Shown here: positions 48,501 to 59,400 of the stretch, piece by piece
How positions within the stretch are numbered: the first letter of the stretch is position 1
Layout of the letters: each line of letters starts with the position of its first letter
Origin: Macrostomum lignano
Lineage: Eukaryota
Length of the DNA stretch: 64,000 bases
NCBI GenBank assembly: GCA_002269645.1
Contig: NIVC01003688.1
Span: forward strand, 1-64,000
Direction: 5' to 3'
Translations under genes and position numbers: made by a program
The notes under the pieces: generated by a model
What the model saw: only the letters and a program-made list of their open reading frames with translations
Told to the model about the DNA's origin: nothing
Database searches by the model: none

Positions 48501-50903
48501 ACACTCTTGACTCTACAGACTCAAACTTCTCAGTTTGAGAAGCACTTTCCTTCTAAAGCTTTCGCAAATCTTAATACACCCCTTTATCTATGAGCCACAA
48601 CATCAATACTCAACTCTTGACTTAGCAAATGATCAATTAGGTGCATCAAATGGAGTGTTAGGATTTGGGTTATAAATTGCTTTATACTAGATGTCAAAGT
48701 TCTGTTACTTTGTGTTTAAATTTCAAACTTTTCTTATTGTAATTTACATATTTGAAATGATATTTGGCTCAATTTATTTGATATCATTAATCCGCAGGCA
48801 AGATGATCTCCGTCGTGCCTTCTCCAAGTTTGGCTACATCACGGATATAACCATTCCATTGGACTACTACACCGGCCGAATGAAAGGGTATGCATTTGTA
48901 GAATATCCTTTTTCTATAAGTTTAATTCATTTTTTAGTAATGTACTCGTTTCAGTTCAATAATTTTGCCTGGCTGGTTTACAATATACGCATTTTTATAT
49001 CTTGTAGGCTCTGCATTGCAGTTGTCTGTTTTGTTGTAAATTAATAACCTAATCAACTTTAAATATCTGCAGGAAACTATTCTGAAAACCAACCAACCAA
49101 TCAGTCAATCAGTCCTATCACTAAGACCTATTCAATCCTGTCTCTGGACTAAAGCCAATGCACACTAACCAGCAACCGGTGTTTCAACACTGAGTTCGAC
49201 TGACAGCCAGACTGTCAACTGTCAGCTTGCTTGAAGTTGCAGACACGGCCCTAGCCAAAGCCCTAGTCCTAAAAGCAACTGCTGTCATCCAAGGCCAACA
49301 ACAGCCAAGCAATTGTGTCTAATCAGTCAGTCAGTCAGCCAATTTAAATTTCTAAGCGAGGCACTCGTTACCTGTTTTTTGTAAAAGATTTCACTAGCTG
49401 GATTTCTAATCTGAGTAGCAAACTGATAATTTCCCCAGATCGATACATAAAATATCTGTTGGGAAATCCATTGGTTGCTACAGCTGTCTTTGAAATTTAA
49501 GCTAGTGAAATTATTTTTTTCTTATCTTATTTATACTTCGACGCCCAATCTGCACTACTTACTGATCGGCAGTAGGTAAGCTAGGAAGTTTTTCGTTTTA
49601 TTTTCTGTGTCAACCTAAAAAAACTTGAAAAATTCCTTAACTCGATAAATCTTCTCGTCGTGGGCTTAACCGCGATTCGATTGAATTTAAAAACAATCGT
49701 TTACGTTCGACCGCACGAGCGACGCCCGCGAAGCTATCCGCCGGATGGACCGAACCCAGCTGCTGGGCCGGACTATTGAAATTGAGATTGCCCGCGGCTA
49801 CAGGCGCACCCCTGCAGAGATGATGCGCATACAGAAGGAACGCGACCATATGGATCATCGGCGCGAACGGGACGACCGGGACAGGGACCGTGGTCGCGAC
49901 CGGGACAGGGACCGAGACCGTAGGGATCGTAGGGACAGGAGGTGAGAGTTGAGAGTCTTGTCGATTAGAACAGAGGTCGAGAGAGAAATGAAAAGTTAAT
50001 GCGAAACTTGGGAATGGAGTGGTTCAGAAGCATAAATCTGTTTATACGAGTATGATAGAAAGTGGTATAATTACAGGTCGAAATTGGTAGAAATACAGGC
50101 AGTAATTCGTAAAATTGTAGGTAGAAATTACTAAAATTACAGGTAAAAGAGGTAAAAATACAGATAGAAAATGGTAGACTAACATGTAAAAAATGGTAGA
50201 CTAACAGGTAGCAAATGGCAGACTAACATGTAGAAAATGGTAGACTAACATGTAGAAAATGGTAGACTAACATGTAGAAAATGGTAGACTAACAGGTAGC
50301 AAATGGTAGAATTACAGGGAAATGTGGTAGAATTACAGGTGGGAGAGGTAGAACTACGGGTAGGAAGTGGTAGAAGGAATGTAATTCCCCTTCCAGCACA
50401 GCCGCCGACGCACCCCACCCCCCCCCCTACCTGCGCAGCCGCTCGCCGCGTTCCCGCGTCGCAGCTCCGGGCGCGGCCGTCGATCGTCTCGCTCGCCAGC
50501 TGGCAGCGGCAGCCGAGGCGGCGGAGGCGATGACCGCGAATCTCGGCATCATCGCGGCAGCGACCGTGGCGACCGTGACCGCAGCGACCGCGGCGACCGT
50601 GACCGCAGCGACCGCGGCGACCGTGACCGCAGCGACCGAGACCGCAGCAGACGACGTGACGCCACCGACGAGAACGGAGGCGGCGAAGATAATAGGCGTC
50701 GCCGAGCTTCATCGGGCTCTCCGCCGCCTCAGCATCGCTCGCCATCGCCGATGGCACCGCTGCCGCCAGCTTCAGGCCGCGACAACTACGACGACGAGGA
50801 CAATGATCGCCGTGGCGCCGCTTCGATGTCGCGCTCGCCGTCGCACTCTCGTTCGCCGTCTCATTCTCGTTCGCGCTCGCGCTCTCGCTCCGGTTCGCGC
50901 TGA
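45584..50903 (+). CDS. SRSF10: SR splicing factor (RRM + RS domain), 4 exons: 45584-45639, 48798-48902, 49705-49941, 50402-50903 (299 aa)
   Basis: MSYAKGRVLHIRNLSNRAVQDDLRRAFSKFGYITDITIPLDYYTGRMKGYAFVEFDRTSDAREAIRRMDRTQLLGRTIEIEIARGYRRTPAEM matches the SRSF10/12 RRM (PLD.YT...GFA.V.F...IE..A.G.R.TP..M). The tail is RD/RS-rich and ends RSRSRSRSGSR*. Confidence 0.9.
48903..49704 (+). other. U12-type AT-AC intron
   Basis: 5' end ATATCCTTTT, 3' end TTTAC; branch-like TTCCTTAAC (49633) and GGCTTAAC (49663). Removing it restores the RRM frame (GA|G = Glu). Confidence 0.9.
50150..50345. repeat. 22-bp array AAATGGTAGACTAACATGTAGA (SRSF10 intron 3)
   Basis: Direct periodicity. Confidence 0.85.
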
Positions 50904-51034
50904 GTGCCTGGATTCTTCGAACTTTTGTCGTTTAGTTTGTAACTGACCTGCGGGGCTTGTGGCTGCTTTTACAGGAATTTAAACTGAATTTTTTAATGTT
51001 TGCTGTTTATATCTCAAAGTTTTATAGTAGGCTG

Positions 51035-51590
51035 TCAGACTGTCAGAGTGAGATTCCAGACGGTCAGTGTGAGATTCCAAACTGTCAGGGTGAGATTCCA
51101 AACCGTCAGGGTGAGATTCCAGGCTGTCAGTGTGAGATTCCAAACTGTCAGGCTGAGATTCCAGACTGTTATCTGTTGAAGTGAGATTCCAAACTGTCAG
51201 GGTGAGATTCCAAACTGTTATCTGTTGAAGTGAGATTCCAAACTGTCAGGGTGAGATTCCAAACTGTCAGGGTGAGATTCCAAACTGTCAGGGTGAGATT
51301 CCAAACTGTCAGGGTGAGATTCCAAACTGTCAGGGTGAGATTCCAAACTGTCAGGGTGAGATTCCAAACTGTCAGGGTGAGATTCCAAACTGTCAGGGTG
51401 AGATTCCAAACTGTCAGAGTGAGATTCCAAACTGTCAGGGTGAGATTCCAAACTTTCAGGGTGAGATTCCAGACTGTCAGGCTGAGATTCCAGACTGTTA
51501 AAGTGAGAATCCAGATTGTCAGAGTGAGATTCCACTGTCAGATTGAGATTCCACTGTCAGATTGAGATTCCGAACTGTCTAGAGTAAGAT
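51035..51590. repeat. 21-bp array GTGAGATTCCAAACTGTCAGG, just 3' of the SRSF10 stop
   Basis: Direct periodicity. Confidence 0.94.
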
Positions 51591-52444
51591 TTCGAACTAT
51601 CGGGCTTAAGTTTTGAGTCTTAAATTTAAAAAACCTTAATACTAATTGTTAAGCCAGAGCCCTGTGTGAACATTGTTTAATAAATACATCAAACTGCTGG
51701 CAATGTACTGATTCATTACCTGCAGACATTCTGCACTAACTAAGCCAACTGGAATGGACATTTTTGTTGTAAAACTTCAAACACCGACTCTGCGTATAGC
51801 AACCGAAACGCCACTAATCCGCCGGTTTTTACCTGCAAGCACTCATTTTGTTCTGTTTTTGTAACTAATTAATAATAGTTCTGTTTGTCATTTTTTGTAT
51901 CCAAAAACTAGCAAAACGTAAATATTGGCCAATATGCGTGTGTCTATAGCTACTATTATTTATTTAGCTGTTGTCATGGCAACAATGAATACCCGCCGGC
52001 CTAAGCTTATCGTATGTTGGTCTTGCGTTGCACAGTTTCACCGGTTTTTATTCACATAATAATAATTAATAATCATATAGTAAGTGCAACCTAGCAGCTA
52101 ATTATTTATACACTGTGTTCTAACGTTCGCTTTCCTTACTCTAGTGTTTTAATCTGATAATTAATGCTCTACTATAAAAATAAACCATCTGTTTTAAAGG
52201 AAGAACCAAAAAAGTAATATCTCAAACACAGTTGTTGGAAATTTTTTAGTAATATTTGATTTTTTTGTTACTTTACTTTAATTAGTGTATATGCGATATA
52301 TGCGTATTGGTATAAAATATCATTCGAGGTAAAGTTGTTACGGATTGATACAAAATTCGCAAATTTTACTGCTTAATAAGATATTAGCATAATTTAATAT
52401 GTCCCTAATCAGATGAGCTGATGCCAGCTGATTTTTACATATTA

Positions 52445-53305
52445 GGGGACAGGGGTGCTAGAGGAGGACAGAGGTCTAGAGGGGGACAGGGGTGCTAGAG
52501 GGTGACAGGGGTGCTAGAGGGTGACAGGGGTGCTAGAGGGTGACAGGGTTGCTAGAGGGGGATAGAGGTGCTAGAGGGGGAACAAGGGGTGCTAGAGGAG
52601 GACGGGGATGCTAGAGGGGACAGGGGTGCTAGAGGGGGATAGAGGTGCTAGAGGAGGACAGGGGTGCTAGAGGAGGACGGGGATGCTAGAGGGGACAGGG
52701 GTGCTAGAGGGGGATAGAGGTGCTAGAGGAGGACGGGTGCTAGAGGGGGACAGGGGTGCTAGAGGGGGACAGAGGTCTAGAGGGGGACAGGGGTGCTAGA
52801 GGGTGACAGGGGTGCTAGAGGGTGACAGGGTTGCTAGAGGGGATAGAGGTGCTAGAGGGGGAACAAGGGGTGCTAGAGGAGGACGGGGATGCTAGAGGGG
52901 ACAGGGGTGCTAGAGGGGATAGAGGTGCTAGAGGAGGACGGGTGCTAGAGGGGGACAGGGGTGCTAGAGGGGGACAGAGGTCTAGAGGGGGACAGGGGTG
53001 CTAGAGGGTGACAGGGGTGCTAGAGGGTGACAGGGTTGCTAGAGGGGGATAGAGGTGCTAGAGGGGGAACAAGGGGTGCTAGAGGAGGACGGGGATGCTA
53101 GAGGGGACAGGGGTGCTAGAGGGGGATAGAGGTGCTAGAGGAGGACAGGGGTGCTAGAGGAGGACGGGGATGCTAGAGGGGACAGGGGTGCTAGAGGGGG
53201 ATAGAGGTGCTAGAGGAGGACGGGTGCTAGAGGGGGACAGGGGTGCTAGAGGGGGACAGGGGTGCTAGAGGGGGACAGGGGTGCTAGAGGGGGAACAAGG
53301 GGTCA
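52445..53305. repeat. 19-20 bp G-rich array GGGGACAGGGGTGCTAGAG with higher-order repeats
   Basis: Direct periodicity. Confidence 0.94.
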
Positions 53306-53458
53306 GGGGGTAGAGACGACACGTGCTAGGATAGGATGGGATGTCCAGTGCAGTCATGCAGTCAGTTAGCAATAAGTAATACAGCAGCAACATGCTGGAA
53401 TCCTATAGCCAGGTATTTTCATCTCCCTGAGCCGAATTGGGCACGGGCAGTTGCACGC

Positions 53459-56400
53459 TTAGACGGAAATCGCACCGGGCGCTTCCGGCTCCGTTCCGGT
53501 GTCGACCAGGTTCCGGTGTGGGTGGCCGAGGTTCACAGCTGATGCTGGGGCTGCTGCTGTAGCAACAGCTGATGGAGCTGCTGAGAAGGTAGAAAATTGA
53601 ATTCTTATTTAGAAGCGCGATATCTCTAATCATTAAAACTTAATTTTTTGCATTTCCACCAGTTCTCTACTTTAACCGGCCTCTTTAAGCTAATCCAGGA
53701 CAATCTTGCATTCAATGAATTACAGTTTTGCTTTTTAAAAAACGCGCCGGGTTTTAAGAACGCGCGCCCCTCATGCTAAAGCCCCTGGTGCGGGCGCCCC
53801 TGGCTAAAGCCCCAAAAGGATGCGCCATCCCCATCAAAATATCCCACAATAGCTAGCTACACCCCTTGCCCTAAGTGAGAATCGAAACGCCATCAACTTA
53901 ATTACCCCGACTATTAAGCGACTCCCTCAATTCAAAATCGACAGCGTCGCCCGAAGCCGACTGGCTGCCGGGAATCGACGACCGCCGGCTGTCCAGAGTG
54001 GCCGGGTAGCCAACCGACGAGCCGGCGTCCCAGCGCCAGTCCAGCTCCCAATCGCTGCTGTCGTCTCCGCTGTCTCCACCACCGTCGTAGCGACGCTGCC
54101 GATGCTTTGTTTTCCACTCGCTGCCGATGTCAATGCCGACATCCGAGGCGGTCAGCGAGGCGTGGACATGCCGCAGCAGCAGGCCGGACATGCCGGCGCC
54201 GATGCCGCTTCTCTTCGACATCGACGGCCGCCGGCGCCGCTGCCAAGTCCACGTCGTCGATCGATCGTCGGGGACAGTGGATCCGCCGTCGCCGCTGAGC
54301 GCTTCGGCCAAGTCGGCGTCGAGCTCCTGGTGCTTCACTTCGCTGGCTAGGCGGTCGCGCATGCCGCAGGCGAGCCGGTCTCTGCGGTCCTCAGACTGGT
54401 CCGAGTCGAAGCTGAACACCGAGGATGAGGCGGCGAAGTCCTCGTCGGCAAAACTTGGCGCCCTGGCCAGCAGTTCGGGACGGATCTTCACGATTAGGAC
54501 GCAGATGTTGCCGCTGGAGCCGTGCGACTGTGGTTGAGTGGAAGAAGGCAGTTAATGTATGATGAAGGATTCTGGTCACAGATTGAGCAGATGTCAAAGT
54601 AATCTCCTGGATAGCTGGATCAGCAGGACGCTACAGTCGGTTTTCTTAAAAATGAGATGAAGGTCGGTGGGGTAATGTGCTCTTTTGGAGGAGGCCGATT
54701 TTTTCGACCGAATTAGTCTATGGCAAAACCTGCTGATCCCTGAGCACGCGCCCGGGTGAGTTGCGCATGCAAGCACACGCTCACACAAGGTGAACACGTT
54801 TCTAGAAAAACTTTAGGAAACAGGTTTTCCAAAAAATACACTAGGATTGTAGCCTGGTAGTTACAGCGTCGGACTCACGACTTGAAGGTCAGGGGTTCGA
54901 TTCCCGATCTCACTGGAACAATTTGTGTCCTTGAGCAAGACGCTTAACTCTGCATTTGCTTCAGTTCACCCAGCTGTAAAATGGGTGCCAGCATTAGCTG
55001 GGGCAATTGAGGGTGTGTGTGGTGGGGGGGGGGGGTTTCACAAACACGAAATTTCATCACAACATCGAAAATTCAAATAGCAACCATTTTCACAAGGTCG
55101 AAATTTCACAACGTAGAAAACTACTGCATAGTTCTTGTTATAATAAGTTTTCGGTGTTGTGAAATTTCGACCTTGTGAAGGCACCCCTGTGTGGCGACCC
55201 CCCAGCAGGGACTGGACTGAACAGCCGTACGCAGCCTTCAGATGCGCCGTGCAATAGCGCATCGGTTGCACATCTGGCCCTATTGGGGCAGGTGTACTAA
55301 AAAAATTTCAGCACAAAGTTTTTTATAGCTCTATTGATATTCATACTGCTTTTCGTTTGTAAAATTTGGATTCTATGTTAATTTTATATCCCACCTACAT
55401 GTACTGTGCCTAGCATGATAAAAATGGCAGGGCTTGACTCATTGAAAAATATTTTATCATGCTTAGCTTATTGACTGTAACAAAAGTGTAACAAAATGAT
55501 AATATTGATTCATAGAACCAAAACGTAGGATATAAGATTAACATAGAATCATAATTTTCTAATGGAAAAGCTTTATAAATATCTATAGAGCAATAAGAAA
55601 GGCAAGTAATACCAAAAGACAAACGTTGGGTCTCCCTCCTATCAAAAGCAATAACAATTTTTGTGCTGAAATTTTAGTCCTTGTGTGTACAGCGGCCAGC
55701 AGTGTGCACTCTCCGTGGCATTGGGGTTGGCACCTTGGAGCTAGCGTGTGCGCTCTTAGCTAGATTTTAAACGCACCTGCGCCAAGTCCACCAGCCGTTT
55801 TGCCGCAGCCACTGGATGTGCGACCTTCAGCACTTCGGCTGCCACCACTTCGTGTCCGACATGCGACCACAGGCCGCGGTTCGCTAGGACGAGGGCGTCG
55901 TCCCACTCTGTGAGGTTGAGCTGAGTCACCTGCGGATCCGGCACCACTACCGGATGAAGGGAGGACCAGCCCAGCATCCTGGTGCACCTGTATGAGGAAG
56001 TATTGTGTGTATAATGTACATGTTTGTGACCAATTAGTGACTTCACAAACTTCTGTAGTTTACTCGTTGGTGAAACTAATAGTTGGTGAACTCACTATAG
56101 TTGGTGAACTCACTATAGTTGGTGAATTCACTGTAGTTAGTGAACTCACTATAGTTGGTGAACTCAATATAGTTAGTGAACTCACTGTAGTTGGTGAACT
56201 CACTGTATTTGGTGAACTCACTGTAGTTGGTGAACTCACTGTATTTGGTGAACTCACTATAGTTGGTGAACTCACTATAGTTGGTGAACTCACTGTAGTT
56301 GGTGAACTCACTGTAGTTGGTGAACTCACTGTATTTGGTGAACTCACTGTAGTTGGTGAACTCACTGTATTTGGTGAACTCACTATAGTTGGTGAACTCA

Positions 56401-59400
56401 CTATAGTTGGTGAACTCACTGTAGTTGGTGAAGTCACTGTATTTGGTGAACTCACTATAGTTGGTGAACTCACTATAGTTGGTGAACTCACTGTAGTTGG
56501 TGAACTCACTGTATTTGGTGAACTCACTATAGTTGGTGAACTCACTATAGTTGGTGAACTCACTATAGTTGGTGAACTCACTGTAGTTGGTGAACTCACT
56601 GTAGTTGGTGAACTCACTGTAGTTGGTGAACTCACTGTAGTTGGTGAACTCACTATAGTTGGTGAACTCACTAATAGTTGGTGAACTCACTATATTTGGT
56701 GAACTATCTGTAGTTGGTGAACTCACTAATAGTTGGTGAACGCTACATAGTTGGTGAACTCACCTGCACTGGCCATTCACGCGGCCATCGTCAGTGACGA
56801 CACCGCCAGCTTTTGTGACTCTGGTTGCTTCGTCACGGTCTCGCTGGGCCAGGAAGCAGCGGGTGAGCCGGCGCCCAACTCCATCTTCAGCTTCCGGATT
56901 CCGCGGTCGCTGAACAAGCAGTGCTTCAACGTCACCTGCATTGGCGGCTGTCACCTGAGGTTTAATGGCAATCGAAGTGAGGCCACGTTGAAAGTACTTT
57001 TTGTCCTTGTTTATCTTTTTATTGGTTTTCTGACTTTATAAGAAATATTTTACGAATTCCATAGGGATTTTGGGTCTTCTACATCGATTATTTTAGAACT
57101 TATAGGGATTTTAGGGATTCTTTTAGGACTTCTATTGGGATTCTTATAGTACTTCTGTAGGGATTCTTTCGGGACTTCTATGGGGATTCCTATGGAACTT
57201 AAATGTGGATTCTTTTGGGATTTCTTTAGGGTGTCCTATGGGACTTCTGTAGGGATTTTTATGAGACTTCTGTAGGCATTCTATTGTGACTTTTTAGGGA
57301 TTCCTATGGGACTTTTGACTGGATTATTGGCTAATTGAAATTTTCTAGGGGTTTTTCAAGACTTCATAACAATTTTATTTGGGACTTTCGAGCAGATTTG
57401 GTTCTTTAGCTACCTAATAAAAATGTACCATTTTCTTAGAAATCCTCATATTTCTTAGAAACGCCCGCACTCGCCTGCCAGTGCCCCGGCCACCGTTTCA
57501 AATGCAGGGCAGCGCAGGCGGCTCCGCGCCGTCTTCCCAGATTGCGCAGTCGCCGATGGCAGGTCAGCAGCGCGCGACGCAGCGCCGCACCTTCTGGCGA
57601 GGCGGCTGGCGCGGCGCCGGAACCAGCGACAACGCCTCGCAGTTCGGCTTTGAAGGCGCGGCAAAAGTCGGCCTGCAGTCGGCGAGCTATCGCGGCGTCG
57701 CCGTCGCCGTCGAACCAAGGACTACTTACTTATAAACGATACTTAAGTAGTCCTTGCGTCGAACATGGCAAACAGGCCGCCGTCGGGCGTCGGGTAGGGC
57801 ATCCGCTTGGCAACTGAGACGCTGATGATGGAGCTCGGCCGGGAGCCGGCGACCTCGGCGAGGCCGAATTGGAACGGCCCAACGCTCCTGACGGAGCCAG
57901 TCGAGCGGCGTCGCTGCGCCGTTTGCAACGGCGTCGTCGGCGGAGACAGCAGCATCAGGGTCGACTCGGCCGAGGACGCGTCGACGGTGTGGATCGGGCT
58001 GCTGCTCCTGCATCGGCGGGGAGGGGTACGTGTAGTTCAGACTGCCTTTTTCTTCTATTAGTAGACAACTAAATATTGTAGGTATTGAACAATCTGCTTC
58101 AATTCCGATGTATTTTTAACCATTTTTACACCCAGCAATACCATAGCAACACCATGGCAACACCATAGAAACACCATAGCAACACCACAGCAATACCATA
58201 GCAAACACCATAGCAACACCATAGCAACCATAGCAACAATATAGTAACACCATAGCAACACTATAGCAACACTGTAGCAACAATATAGCAACACCATAGC
58301 AACACCATAGCAACAATATAGCAACACCATAGCAACCATAGCAACAATATAGTAACACCATAGCAACACTATAGCAACACTGTAGCAACAATATAGCAAC
58401 ACCATAGCAACACCATAGCAGGACATGACTGTAACGAATTTAATTTAATTTTCCGGAGACTTTTAACTATGGCAATTAAAATTTGTTGCTTTCTTTTTCA
58501 ATTTTCGCTAGTGTTATTTCATTTTGCTACTATCAGTAATGGAATAAGTATAACTTAGAAGCGAAGGGCAAAAGAGCAGCTCAGAGGTGAACCCGTCTGA
58601 CTCTTGTCAGTATTGGCGCGCTTGTATGTTGCTCAGGAGTCTGCGGAATGGGCTGATTGCCGTCATCGCTGGCTGTGTGCATGGGGCGAGTGGAAGTTTA
58701 AAGCTTTGTCTAGCAACAAAAAATCTCGTTTAATTCTTTGATGCTATGACAGCTAATTTTAGCGACTTTGAGTTTCCTGAGTTTGATAATCATTTTATAG
58801 CAATTTCGCCACAAAGGAAATCTGGATCATAATTTACCTAAATAGGTATTATGCGAATGAAGTTAAAAGGAAATGAAGGATGTTGGATTTATTGAAGGAT
58901 TCGAATGATTTGATGGATTTTTCTCTCTGTGTGATATGTCGATCGTAGACTTCTTTCTTTGCTGGAGAACGAAAATAATTGCATTTTTAATAATTCTGAC
59001 ATCTGCTTGATTATCTGCTGTTTCGAGTTATAGGCCCCGGTTTGCTTGACGTCACGCATATTGGTGTGTTAGACAGGGAATCACCGGTTAGATATCGAAT
59101 CACCGGTTAGACAGGGGATCATTGGTTAGACAGCGTAATCATTGGTTAGACAGCGTAATCATTGGTTAGACAGCGTAATTATTGGTTAGAGAGCGTAATT
59201 ATTGGTTAGACAGGGTAATCATTGGTTAGACAGGGAATCACCAGTTAGACAGGGAATCACCGATTAGACAAGGAATCACCGGTTAGACAGGGAATCACCG
59301 GTCAGACAGGGAATCACCAGTTAGACAGGGAATCACCGATTAGACAGGGAATCACCAGTTAGACAGGGAATCACCGATTAGGCAAGGAATCACCGGTTAG

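Noticed and set aside
54594-54797. Alternative PP2C terminal exon (KTDCSVLLIQL)
   Set aside because: No in-phase acceptor without a stop; the exon starting at 54527 (SHGSSGNICVLIVKI) fits better.
54844-54915. Functional tRNA gene
   Set aside because: The acceptor stem is not convincing and the sequence runs directly into a CORE-like SINE body that is also present at 6407-6706.
57716-57756. Canonical splicing rescue of the PHLPP insertion
   Set aside because: All GT/GC-AG combinations inside the insert leave a frameshift or an in-frame TAA; only non-canonical junctions are exact.
58560-58990. Extra PHLPP exons in this GC-richer intronic patch
   Set aside because: The 60149 donor joins in phase to the 58007 acceptor with continuous homology, and the candidate frames here contain stops.
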